IMG/VR virus record: IMGVR_UViG_3300037453_000161
Direction: 5' to 3' (one strand)
From: an uncultured virus (IMG/VR IMGVR_UViG_3300037453_000161)
Taxonomy: Duplodnaviria; Heunggongvirae; Uroviricota; Caudoviricetes
Length of the DNA stretch: 64,000 bases
In this document: in pieces, positions 10,773-20,683 of the stretch
How positions within the stretch are numbered: position 1 is the first letter of the stretch
Layout: each line of letters opens with the position of its first letter
Position numbers and translations under genes: made by a program
The notes under the pieces: generated by a model
What the model was told of the DNA's origin: nothing
Databases searched by the model: none
The model's input: only the letters and a program-made list of their open reading frames with translations

Positions 10773-10949
10773 CTATCTCCTATCAAGTTTGTCCTTGAAC
10801 AGATTGCGAATGTACTGTTGATAGTCATTGCCAGTTGTTGATTTGACGGCTGCTGCCATCTCGTCAGCATTAACTACCTTAATAGCCTTCTTTGCAGGGG
10901 CTTTTGGGGCGGTTTTACTGGTCTTTGGTGTCTTGTTCCTCTTTGCCAT
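10773..10949 (-). CDS. Small basic protein (58 aa)
   Basis: MAKRNKTPK... read by hand, SD AAGGAG, fills the operon gap. Confidence 0.6.
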   Translation of the reverse strand: MAKRNKTPKTSKTAPKAPAKKAIKVVNADEMAAAVKSTTGNDYQQYIRNLFKDKLDRR

Positions 10950-10960
10950 AGGAGACTCCT

Positions 10961-11272
10961 TTAAGACTGTGATTTGCTTTCTTCGCCTTCACAGTTTGGA
11001 AGGGCATCCTCGCAAGGGGTGTTTGCTGCTTCTTCAGCAAGTTGTTCTACCTTGGCGACAAGACAGAAACCACAGGAAGCACTACCAATGTCGTAGTATT
11101 CCTCATCGCCGTCGTTTGCTCCAGGGAACTTAACGTAACGAGCGTTGTTGTCTAACTTCTTGACGATTTCGTTGATTTTACCACCGACACCCATTTCGGT
11201 AATCACTTTGGTAGTACCATCAGTCAAGGTTAGGGTCAATTTCTTGCCGTACTTTCGGTTTTTAGTAGACAT
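10961..11272 (-). CDS. Hypothetical virion-associated protein
   Basis: ORF with SD GAAAGG, first gene of head operon. Confidence 0.7.
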   Translation of the reverse strand: MSTKNRKYGKKLTLTLTDGTTKVITEMGVGGKINEIVKKLDNNARYVKFPGANDGDEEYYDIGSASCGFCLVAKVEQLAEEAANTPCEDALPNCEGEESKSQS

Positions 11273-11355
11273 AAGTTAAACCTTTCCGTTTGATTAGGTC
11301 TAATTGTCATAAGACATAGGTGTCATCTAGGTAAATAATACCATAGATTTAAGAA

Positions 11356-11784
11356 TTATTTTTTCTGGTCGGAGTTGAACTCTACCCAGAAATTGTAATC
11401 CTTATCACGCTTCGTTGAACAGAACCGCTTGATATTGCGACCAGTGTCCCAGACACTCGTCTTAATCTCAAGTGTACCGTCCTCGTTATAGTGTGAACGA
11501 ATTAAATATGAGGTACGGCATTTACCACACTCGATAATCTCGGTCTGGTCGCCTGTACCTTTCCCAATGATAGTCTTAACAACGGAATTACACTTGCAAA
11601 TCTCATTGGGACGCTTTGCATAGAGAGATTGACACTTGAACTGGAGAGCAGGAACAGTTCTTCCGTCCATAGGGAACTTGTAATCGACAATCTTTGGAAG
11701 GTCAATCTTGAAGATGTTTTCTTGAGTGTCCTTTGCCACCTCTTCAGATAACACAGGAACTTCGTGTTCTTTAGGCGATGTCAT
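11356..11784 (-). CDS. Hypothetical Zn-ribbon protein
   Basis: C..C / CGKC motifs. Confidence 0.65.
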   Translation of the reverse strand: MTSPKEHEVPVLSEEVAKDTQENIFKIDLPKIVDYKFPMDGRTVPALQFKCQSLYAKRPNEICKCNSVVKTIIGKGTGDQTEIIECGKCRTSYLIRSHYNEDGTLEIKTSVWDTGRNIKRFCSTKRDKDYNFWVEFNSDQKK

Positions 11785-12382
11785 TTAACTTATCTCCTGC
11801 AATGTTAGAGGTAAGGTCAGATTCACGGATTTTAGACATAAGGGAAAGGACATCATAAGGGTTGAGGATGTTTCTCATCTCGTATGCTTGTTTATCAGAC
11901 ACGAGTTCTGCACCAACATAGTCCCAGTTCTTGCCATTCTTGCGGAAGCGGTAAGCCTTAACTGATTTAGGGATTTCAGTCATATGTTGAATACCATTAA
12001 CGATGGCGTGACCGAGTACGACAACAATGTCTAGGCTATCTACAACCTCTTTTCCTGGTTTGCCGTCCTTGCCTTCTTCGACGTGCGTCTTCTTGTCAAC
12101 AAGGTAACGATTGGCAGTGTAAATGTTGATGTCGAGCATAGCAGCCTTGTTACGGTTAATCTTGCGAAGATTACCAGTAACCTTGTCAAACTCGATAGCA
12201 CCTGGCTTTGGGTCACCGTGAAGATAACCGTCATTACCTTCTAGCAAGCCCATTGCACGTTGTTCTGCCATTTTTTTGTTGTATTCCTCTGGCGTATAGA
12301 CGTTTGCCATACCAGGGATGTTCTTGGCGTTCTTGGAGTCGTCCAAGATACTTGCCAAAACTTCGGCTTTAATTGTAGCCAT
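11771..12382 (-). CDS. Hypothetical protein
   Basis: 203 aa, SD AGGAGG. Confidence 0.75.
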   Translation of the reverse strand: MATIKAEVLASILDDSKNAKNIPGMANVYTPEEYNKKMAEQRAMGLLEGNDGYLHGDPKPGAIEFDKVTGNLRKINRNKAAMLDINIYTANRYLVDKKTHVEEGKDGKPGKEVVDSLDIVVVLGHAIVNGIQHMTEIPKSVKAYRFRKNGKNWDYVGAELVSDKQAYEMRNILNPYDVLSLMSKIRESDLTSNIAGDKLNDIA

Positions 12383-12462
12383 AGTTCCTCCTTTGAGTAT
12401 TAGTAGTCATAACTTAACAATAACACAAAAACGCAGATGTTTTTTTAAGGTAGTAAACAACG

Positions 12463-12692
12463 AAAAGACCCCCGAGTGTGAGCATAGGAGGTCTTTTCGC
12501 TAATTGCGGCTACTGACCAATTCTAAATAAGAATGATGTTAAAGAATTAGCATCGGAAACACATAAGACAACTCACAATAAGAACTTATGAAAGGATTTA
12601 TTGCAAGAAAGAGTTACCACTGGAAGGTAATAACTCATAATCCTGGTCAGTAGTATTATTTGTCGAGGTACAATCCTAGGATTAGAATCACT
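12463..12692 (-). ncRNA. Putative structured small RNA (~230 nt) antisense to the shared early leader
   Basis: Minus-strand TTGACA(12725-12720)-17-TACAAT promoter; 10-bp closing stem 12510-12519/12644-12653; terminator 12463-12499; no credible minus-strand ORF. Confidence 0.65.
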
Positions 12693-12728
12693 TATAATTG
12701 TATTACAAATAGGGTCAAATGTCAAGGT

Positions 12729-13010
12729 TTACTTGTAAGTACAGATTTTGTAGATTGGGAAGAACACCCAGCATACTAAACATAACCAAGGTGTTACTGT
12801 CAATACGAACGTCCATAAGCCTCCGAATACGAGATTATACAGAGGTTCACACAACCAGCATAGCATTGTCAACATAATTGCTAGACCCCACATTAAGAAT
12901 GGGAGCATAATAACTTCACCTGTGATGCCAAGAGCAGGGCTTCTGGTAATAGTTACAGAGCCGTCTGGGCGTTTCTCTCTTTGATAATTTGTTCTACCAT
13001 AATGATACAT
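12729..13010 (-). CDS. Small membrane protein
   Basis: Two hydrophobic segments; own TTGACATTTAGA promoter near 13070. Confidence 0.7.
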   Translation of the reverse strand: MYHYGRTNYQREKRPDGSVTITRSPALGITGEVIMLPFLMWGLAIMLTMLCWLCEPLYNLVFGGLWTFVLTVTPWLCLVCWVFFPIYKICTYK

Positions 13011-13943
13011 AGTTTTATTCCTTTCCAGTGGTTATTGTAATTACATTGTATCACAGATGATTCTAAATGTCAAGCCTTTTTCTGGAGAAAGTGTGCCATA
13101 TTTTTTTTCGGGGTTTTAGACGGACGAAAGGCGAATTAGTTTTGGGTCAAGCATAAGTAGGTTGTAGGAGGTCAGTGGGGAGAGAACGCCGTAATCCGCT
13201 CTCTCCGTGCGGATTCCCGCCGATTAGTTCCACGATTCCGCCCGCCTGTCAATTCGTCAATTCGCCACGCTTCGCCCCTGTTTTTGTCTTTGTTATGTCG
13301 TAAAATGTATATTGTGCGACACTTCCCGCCCCTGTTATGGCTTCGGGCTTCACGGATTCCGAACGCTTCGGGCGGTTTTTGTTCGGTTTTTGATTCGGGC
13401 GTTTTATGTCATAATATGCGACGATTTGCGACGATTTGCGGGGATTCCGTCGCCTTTTTGCCATTTTTTGCGGATTTCGCAAGGGCGGGCGGGCTTCGGA
13501 TTCCCGAACGGGCGGGCGGTTCGGCGGGCTTATAATATAACGGCGGATTTTTTGCCTTTTTCACCCCCCGCCCCTGTCTTATCATAACGAGTATTAAAAA
13601 CACAACCGCCGACGACTTCGGCGGGGATTCGCCACGCTATAACACGCCGTGTGGCTTCATATAACGCCATTTGCGGGGCTTCTAGGGCTTCGGGCGTATC
13701 TTTTCCCTATTTCAAACTTAACACGCCTTAAAACGCCTTAAAATGGCTTAAAAATTAACAGGGCTTAAACTTTCGGGGCTTCCCGTCAATCTTCCCCCGA
13801 TTCTTCCCGCTTCAATCTTCACGGCTTCGGGATTCTTTCGGATTCAATCAACAGACAAAAAAACACGGGCGGGGCTTTCTTCTTTCCCTTTCCCGTGTCT
13901 TTCTTCGGTCTTTCTTTTTTGTGGTCTTTTTTTGTGGCTTCGT

Positions 13944-14255
13944 CTATTGTGCGGGCTTCGCCACGACTTCCACGCCATAAGGGCTAAAATCGCCCCCGCC
14001 GTTGTGTATCTCTAAAACTTCCCAATCACAACCGCCATTTTTGCCCGCTTTCCAATCCGTCAAACATTGTGCCATTTCGTCGGCGTGTTTCTGTTTCAGA
14101 TGTTCCACGATTTCGGCTTTTGTGTTCGCTTCGTTTATAGACAACACAACCGCCACGACAACCGCCACGCTTGCGACAATCCAACCGACGACACCCGCCA
14201 AGCGTTCCGCCTGTTTCTTTCTTTGTCTTTCATAATAACTTTGATATTTTGCCAT
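13944..14255 (-). CDS. Membrane-anchored hypothetical protein
   Basis: One TM segment; SD GAAAGG. Confidence 0.7.
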   Translation of the reverse strand: MAKYQSYYERQRKKQAERLAGVVGWIVASVAVVVAVVLSINEANTKAEIVEHLKQKHADEMAQCLTDWKAGKNGGCDWEVLEIHNGGGDFSPYGVEVVAKPAQ

Positions 14256-14316
14256 TTTTTCGCCTTTCTTTTCTTATGATTCGGGGCGGGCGGATTCCCG
14301 CCCGCTTCCCTTTGTC

Positions 14317-14658
14317 TTATTTCTTAAAAAAATCATTGAAAAAGTCGTCGCTTGCCGTGTGTGCTTCCCATTTTTCGCCGTATTCGTCCATAAAATCGCC
14401 AACCTTTAACGCTTCACGGATTCGGCGGGCGTTCCAATCACCCCCGACATTTTCCGCCAAAAACTTACAAACGGCTTTCATTGTGGTTTTTGAATAGTCC
14501 CAGTCGTCGCCAAAATCTAGCGTGTGCGTGTCCCAGTCAATAAGCACAACCTTTGAATTATAACTTTGTAGGATTTGCGTGTTCAATTCGTCAAAACTTG
14601 CGACGATTTGATTTGCCCAAGCGTTCCCGTTGTGGTTCGTCATTTGATATAATTTCAT
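14317..14658 (-). CDS. Early hypothetical protein
   Basis: LQSYNS...WDYSKTT motif recalled from phage early genes. Confidence 0.75.
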   Translation of the reverse strand: MKLYQMTNHNGNAWANQIVASFDELNTQILQSYNSKVVLIDWDTHTLDFGDDWDYSKTTMKAVCKFLAENVGGDWNARRIREALKVGDFMDEYGEKWEAHTASDDFFNDFFKK

Positions 14659-15211
14659 TTTGTGATTCCCTTTCGCCTTTTCGGCTTACTTTGTTATATT
14701 GTGGCGGGATTCGCCCCCGCTTTTTTCGCTTCCGCCTTGATTCTTTATTATTTGCGGGCGTTGGGGGCTTTTCCCTTGCGTTGGTCTTATGTGTTCCAAC
14801 TGTCTCTATTGTATCACGGCGGGCTTTTTTTGTCAATACACCGCCAACAGGGGCGAGCGTGATTTTCTTTTGTATTTTTTGCGGATTTTGTGGCGGATTC
14901 GGGCGGATTCGCCACGCTTCACGGATTCCCGCCAATCGTCGCCAATCCGTGCGGGATTCGTGCGGATTCAACACAAAAACACCCGCCACGATTCAACACG
15001 GGCGGGCGGTTCGGTTCGGATTCGTGCGGGGCTTCGTGATTCCGCCATAATATCGCAAGCGGGCGGGCGTTCGGGATTCGCAAGCATAAGACACAACACG
15101 GCGGGCGGGATTCCCGCCAATCGTTCCCGATTCGTTCCGCTTGCGGTATTATAGCACAATCACGGCGGGCGGGATTCGTTCGGATTCAATCCCGCCACGC
15201 TTCGCCAATCT

Positions 15212-15421
15212 TTACAGGTTCAACAGGTCGCCGACGATTTCCGAAAATATGCGTTGTGCGGGCGTGTGGTCGCCGAAAATGTGCGGGATTTCTTCCCGAT
15301 TCGCCACGCTTATATTATTCAAAATCCACGCCATTATATCGTCAAGGTATGCGGGGCTTATACCTGTTTCAATCTGTAAATCGTTTTTCAATTCACGGAT
15401 TCTTTCGTCTTTGCTTTTCAT
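15212..15421 (-). CDS. Early hypothetical protein
   Basis: SD GAAAGG before MKSKDE. Confidence 0.65.
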   Translation of the reverse strand: MKSKDERIRELKNDLQIETGISPAYLDDIMAWILNNISVANREEIPHIFGDHTPAQRIFSEIVGDLLNL

Positions 15422-15470
15422 ATAATCAACCTTTCTTTTCATTATAGGGGCGGGATTCCGCCCCTTTGTC

Positions 15471-15719
15471 TTATATTTCCACGCTATTTGCGATTTCGTC
15501 GGGTCTTTGATATTCCCAGTCTAAAACATAATTGTCGCAAGCGTATAATTCGGGCGTGTATTCAATCACTAAAACTTCTTTGCCGTCGCCTGTATAATCC
15601 ATATCAACAAAACGGCGGATTCGGTCGCCGTCTAGTTGTCTAAAATAGACGGATTCCACGCAATAGAGTGATTTCACAACCTTTGTGATTCTTTCTTTTT
15701 GCTCTTTGATATAATCCAT
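15471..15719 (-). CDS. Early hypothetical protein
   Basis: Start MDYIKE follows promoter/leader unit; the longer ORF-track start runs through the promoter. Confidence 0.75.
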   Translation of the reverse strand: MDYIKEQKERITKVVKSLYCVESVYFRQLDGDRIRRFVDMDYTGDGKEVLVIEYTPELYACDNYVLDWEYQRPDEIANSVEI

Positions 15720-15886
15720 TTTTTCCCTTTTCCGAAAGTGTCTTATGCGTTTCTTTCTGTCTCTATTATAGCACGGCGGATTCGCTTTGTCAATACTATT
15801 TTTGAAAGTTTTTGAAAGTTTTTGAAAGTTTTTCAATTTGAAAGTTTTTCGGATTCGGGCGGGCGGATTCCCGCCCGAAAGTTTTT

Positions 15887-16432
15887 CTATTTCCAGACGA
15901 TTTCTTCGTGCGTGTGTATAATCCCGTCGTCGTCCAGTTCGTATTCGCCCATATAGTCAAGGGCGGATTCAATTTCGGATTCAATCAAGTCGTCCGTTAT
16001 ATCTTCTTCGGCGTGTAGCATATCTTCAATCGCCTGTAAAACTTTTTTCGCCGTCTCTTCCAATTCGTCGTATATTTTGTCGCCTTTGTCGCCGTATAAG
16101 TCGTCGGATTCAAGATTCCAGTATTCGTCCGCAAGTTTTAACATCTTTTCATAAACAGGGCGGTCGGATTCGCTAAAATAATCACCGATTCCGTCGTTCA
16201 ATCCCTTTACAAACTCTTCTGCGTCCGTCAATCTATAATAAAAACTATTATAGTTGTCATAATATCTAAATCCCCTTTCACGCCCCTTTTCAACAAAAAT
16301 TGTCGCAAGCGTGTCATTTTGCCAAAATGATAGAGTATCATAACAGCGTTCGTTTATGGCGTTTTGAAAATCCCGATTTGCTTCGTAAAGATTCTTCAAT
16401 TCGTCTTTCGTCATTTCGTTTAACTTTTTCAT
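15887..16432 (-). CDS. Acidic early protein
   Basis: 181 aa, D/E-rich, own promoter unit. Confidence 0.8.
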   Translation of the reverse strand: MKKLNEMTKDELKNLYEANRDFQNAINERCYDTLSFWQNDTLATIFVEKGRERGFRYYDNYNSFYYRLTDAEEFVKGLNDGIGDYFSESDRPVYEKMLKLADEYWNLESDDLYGDKGDKIYDELEETAKKVLQAIEDMLHAEEDITDDLIESEIESALDYMGEYELDDDGIIHTHEEIVWK

Positions 16433-16595
16433 ATATTCCCTTTCAGAAAGTGTCTTATGTGTTGCTTTCTGTCTCTATTGTATCACAACAGAAAGTTTTT
16501 GTCAATACTTTTTTCAAAGTTTTTTCATAGACAGGGATTCGGCGGGATTCGGGATTCCCGCCCGTGCGGTCATATACACGGGCGGATTCGGGATT

Positions 16596-17234
16596 CTATT
16601 TCTTCAAAGTTTCTCTAAAATCGTCAAGCGTGTCATATTCCACGCCGTTTATTTCAATCGTCGTTCCGCCGTCAATCACCGCCATATCTATTGTCTCAAT
16701 CATATCGCCAATATACCCGTCGTCAATATACCCGTTTTTGTCTATAATCAAACTTTTCAAAAACTCGGTCAATTCTTCGGTCGTGTCAAACGGATTTTTC
16801 GTGATTTCCATTTCATAATCGTCGGTCGTATAATTATATTCGCTTGGTGCGAAAATACTTATAACACGGGCTTCAAAGGGATTTCCCGCCGATTTTGCGG
16901 ATTCCATCAACCAGTTCAAAGACGCTTCCGCCATAACTTCTAAAACATAAACAAAGTCAAAGTGGCTTATAAACTCTTCAATCTTCACCCCTGTTTCACG
17001 CTCTAACTCTTCGCCGTCATAATTGTCTCGGTCATAAGTCAATTCGGTCAAGTCAAACTGCCCATAAGTATCAACCAATCCGCCGTGTATATCTTTACTC
17101 AAAATAATATGGCTTCGGTCAATCTTATCATAATCTTTACAGCGTCGGTCAATATATCTTTCTTGGATTCCGTCCGCCGTCAAAGTGCCTTTTGCTCTAT
17201 TTTCAAACTTTAAGTAGTCGTCAAAGTTTTTCAT
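16596..17234 (-). CDS. Acidic early protein
   Basis: 212 aa, D/E-rich, own promoter unit. Confidence 0.8.
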   Translation of the reverse strand: MKNFDDYLKFENRAKGTLTADGIQERYIDRRCKDYDKIDRSHIILSKDIHGGLVDTYGQFDLTELTYDRDNYDGEELERETGVKIEEFISHFDFVYVLEVMAEASLNWLMESAKSAGNPFEARVISIFAPSEYNYTTDDYEMEITKNPFDTTEELTEFLKSLIIDKNGYIDDGYIGDMIETIDMAVIDGGTTIEINGVEYDTLDDFRETLKK

Positions 17235-17312
17235 TTTATTATACCTTTCAGAAAGTGTCTTATGCGTTTCTTTCTGTCTCTATTATAGCACGCCGAAAGT
17301 TTTTTGTCAATA

Positions 17313-17534
17313 CTATTTTGAAAGTTTTTCAAGTCCGTTGTATAATTTCGCAATAGCATCACTTCGCAATTCAAAACAGATTCCGTCGTCGGGGTCGCCA
17401 TTTTCCATATAGTTATAAGCGTATTCGTATAAGTCCGTCCAAAAGTTTTTGCCGATTCGCTTCTTATATTCGTCTATAAATAAATCCCACGACGATTCTA
17501 GGGCGGTAGTCGCCCAATCGCCTTTATTTTCCAT
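17313..17534 (-). CDS. Early hypothetical protein
   Basis: Coupled to the upstream gene by TAATG. Confidence 0.7.
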   Translation of the reverse strand: MENKGDWATTALESSWDLFIDEYKKRIGKNFWTDLYEYAYNYMENGDPDDGICFELRSDAIAKLYNGLEKLSK

Positions 17535-17899
17535 TACTCTTCCCCCAATTCGTTTTTAAGGTCGTCAATCAAGTATTTCAACAGGTCAATCAACTCATAG
17601 TCGCAAGATTTCCCGTTGCCATACCCGTCAAGATATGCGTAGTTGGCGTTATTGTCTATATCTTCAAGTAGGATTTTCACGCCAATCCAACCCCGTTGGT
17701 CAAGATTCCATTTCACTAAATCTTCCCACTCGTCAGATTCAAGGTCATAAATCGTGTCGTCGGGATTATGTTCATAGTTGTATTCGTTCAACAGATATAC
17801 TGCTTCGGATTTCCAATCGTCCGCATATTCCCTGTATTTGTCGGCTTCAATCTCTTTAAGTAGGGATTCCGCCTTTTTCTTCATTTCTTCATAATCCAT
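17534..17899 (-). CDS. Acidic early protein
   Basis: 121 aa, YLDGYGN motif, own promoter unit. Confidence 0.8.
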   Translation of the reverse strand: MDYEEMKKKAESLLKEIEADKYREYADDWKSEAVYLLNEYNYEHNPDDTIYDLESDEWEDLVKWNLDQRGWIGVKILLEDIDNNANYAYLDGYGNGKSCDYELIDLLKYLIDDLKNELGEE

Positions 17900-18173
17900 T
17901 TTTTGCCTTTCAGAAAGTGTCTTATGTGTTGCTTTCTGTCTCTATTGTATCATACCGAAAGTTTTTTGTCAATACTATTTTCAAAGTTTTTTCAAAATTG
18001 AATCGGTGTCTCTATAAACTTATCTTCACAGAATCGGTGATTTTCCCCCGTTGCTATCTGTATATTTTTTTCCCGTTCGTCCATATATCGCATAACCATT
18101 ATAAAGTGCGTTATATCACCAATCCGCTCTTCAAAGTTTTTGCCGATTTTTGCCCACCTGCTTCGTCTCATAG

Positions 18174-18464
18174 TTATTTCGCTTCCCTAAACACGCTTAT
18201 AATGATATTACTCGGCGACATAGCACACTCACTCAAAGTGTATAATTCGGCTTTGTCGCAAGATTCAACCATTTTGATATATTCGTATAAATCGCCAATT
18301 ACAGGTTCGGTCTCGTCTTCCCACTCTAACCCGTCCGCTAGATACTGCTCAAAAGTCTCTTTAAGACAATATCGCAAGTATTTTGCTATATCTTCCGCCT
18401 TGCCTAGTATTCTTTCGTCGGTCAAGCGTATAAGATTATATTTCTTCATATCTTCGTCTAACAT
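18174..18464 (-). CDS. Acidic early protein
   Basis: SD AAGGAG before MLDEDM. Confidence 0.7.
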   Translation of the reverse strand: MLDEDMKKYNLIRLTDERILGKAEDIAKYLRYCLKETFEQYLADGLEWEDETEPVIGDLYEYIKMVESCDKAELYTLSECAMSPSNIIISVFREAK

Positions 18465-18477
18465 CTTATCTCCTTTT

Positions 18478-18765
18478 CTACCAATCGTGATTTTGCCACA
18501 TATCAGGTTGGTGGTCTTCATAAATCTGTTTTAATACTTCGTCGGCGTTGCTATGTTCGCCGTCGTCGCATACATTATAATAGACAACATTGTGGCTTGT
18601 GCCGTCTTCGTTGTATTCAATTACTCTATACCAAAGTAGGATTTCGGCTTCGTCTTCTAAAACTTCGCCACCGCTACACCAACTGCCGTCGCTTGCGACA
18701 TAGTGCGTTTCAATCGGGGCTTTGATTCGCCCTTCTTCTACTTCAAAGTATTTCATTTCTTCCAT
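18478..18765 (-). CDS. Acidic early protein
   Basis: Own promoter unit. Confidence 0.75.
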   Translation of the reverse strand: MEEMKYFEVEEGRIKAPIETHYVASDGSWCSGGEVLEDEAEILLWYRVIEYNEDGTSHNVVYYNVCDDGEHSNADEVLKQIYEDHQPDMWQNHDW

Positions 18766-18891
18766 TATTATTCCTTTTCCGAAAGTGTCTTATGTGTTGC
18801 TTTCTACCCCTATTCTATCACAACCAAAAGTTTTTGTCAATACTATTTTGAAAGTTTTTTCAAAAAAGTGGCGGATTCGCTCCGCCACCCC

Positions 18892-19647
18892 TTAAAACTT
18901 TTTCAATTCCATATGCCCCGACAACTCTTCCAAAATCTCTTCTTTCGTTGCTATAAACTCATAATTCTCGGATTCATAAAATAGTCTATATTCGTCTTCG
19001 CCCAATCGGGTTAATTGTATCATTTCACTTTTGTCATAGTCGTCGTGTTTCAGTTCGTGTTCTTCGTTCAATTCTAAATAATCCATTATTGAATCTCCTT
19101 TTCTACGATATATGCGACGCTTTCAATATATTGTGCGTCCTCATAGACAACAGAATCATATTCCCAATCAGCACGGCTTGTGCCTGTTAATTCTTCCATA
19201 TACTTTTCTGCGTCCGCTTTTTTTCTATACACCCAACAATCCGTATCTTGTCCGACGGTCTGCGTGCTTACAACCACATATACTTTCATTTTAACAATAC
19301 CTTTCTTTTAACATTTCTTTATCTACGCTCAACCCTGCTTCTTCACGACTTCGGATTTCTGCTTCTATGTTCAACTTCTTGGCTTCTTCCGCCATTTCGC
19401 TATAACATTGTTGGGCTTCTGCTAGATTATAAAAATCAACACAAGTATCTTGAAACATAGCGTCTTGGTCGGTATCTTCGTCGTCAGTGTCAATCATACC
19501 GACACGATAGTATTCGTTCCAATACCCGCCGTCGTCTTCGTTGCCGAATCTTGCGTCTTTGTTCAACACAATATCAGGCTCGTTCGGGTCAATCTCAAAC
19601 TCTTCCGACTTGTAGATTTTTTCCCTTAACATCATTACTCTTTTCAT
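18892..19647 (-). CDS. Three small acidic early genes (19291..19647, 19086..19289, 18892..19086)
   Basis: Contiguous ORFs with SDs behind one promoter unit. Confidence 0.7.
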
Positions 19648-19737
19648 TATTTTCCTTTCAAGTAGTGTCTTATGTGTTTCTACTTACCCCCATTGTAGCA
19701 CAACCGAAAGTTTTTGTCAATACTTTTTTGAAAGTTT

Positions 19738-19929
19738 TTAATAATACAAAAGTTTTTCTGCGTCTTCTTCCGCTAACAATCCACGCTTCACAATCTCATT
19801 TCCAAGTTTTTCAATCCTATCAAGTTGCTTTTTCTTCCCACGACGGCTTGTATCATAAGCCATATCAAGTTGGGCTTCAACATAAAGAAAGATAAGTGTT
19901 TTGTTATCAAAATCCTTGATTCTGTTCAT
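19738..19929 (-). CDS. Early hypothetical protein
   Basis: SD AAGGAG. Confidence 0.65.
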   Translation of the reverse strand: MNRIKDFDNKTLIFLYVEAQLDMAYDTSRRGKKKQLDRIEKLGNEIVKRGLLAEEDAEKLLYY

Positions 19930-20018
19930 AATGTTATATCTCCTTTTTCAAAATGTTATATCTTCTTAAAACTTTTTTGGATTTTCACCCCTATAAACAG
20001 GGGCGAAAATGTTATATC

Positions 20019-20605
20019 TTAATTCTCTATATCGTAAATCATACTTAACACTTCACGGGGATTCTTTGTGGTGCTATTGTCGTGTTCTAACATCATAACT
20101 GCCCCCAGTGCGTCTGAAAGTCCGTCCAAGCGTCCAATCGCCTGTTGGTAGGATTGGTCGTCTTCAAAACTACTTTCGTCAAGATTATCGTTCAACTTCT
20201 CACTTGCGGTTCTCAATACCCACTCGGTATCACTTTCCAACTCGCCGTGTAGTAGTTGGTCTAGTTGTTTTGGTGTTAATGGTAGATATTTCAAAATCTG
20301 CGAATCTACCCAATCGGCTCTTTGGTCGTCATAATCTTTGCCACTATCGCCAATTTCGCCACGCTCATAAAGGTCGTCAAACTGCTCTTCATACTCGCTC
20401 ATAAGTAGGTCAACTGCCTTTTGTGCGAGTTGCTTATAGTTAATGCTTGTCATAGTTAAATCTCCGCTTCTAACTTTTTAATATCGTTAATATAACTTTT
20501 AATCATATAATGATTTTCAGGGTGTTTGTTGCCACTACGCTTCATAGCGTTCCACAACACAGCCATTTCCCTTTTGAGTTCTGCTAACTCTTCTTTTTTT
20601 GTCAT
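20019..20605 (-). CDS. Two early genes (20456..20605, 49 aa; 20019..20453, acidic 144 aa)
   Basis: Follow the promoter unit at 20623-20678. Confidence 0.7.
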
Positions 20606-20683
20606 AATTTTCCTTTCAAGTAGTGTCTTATGTGTTTCTACTTACCCCCATTGTAGCACAACCAAAAGTTTTTGTCAATACTT

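Larger units (their letters stand above)
13190..16600 (+). repeat. Dense field of polar (GGCG)GGATTC motifs
   Basis: About 50 GATTC on + by eye; no GAATC seen until 18001. Confidence 0.85.

Noticed and set aside
12588..12653. + strand 21-aa peptide MKGFIARK... as the reason for the motif at 12557
   Set aside because: No convincing + strand promoter, whereas promoter and terminator polarity both indicate the minus strand; not fully excluded
13249..15425. Arg/Pro/Gly-rich ORFs (e.g. 13249..13482, 14553..15050, 14591..14989)
   Set aside because: Products of the GGCGGATTC low-complexity field; no SD, and some overlap promoters
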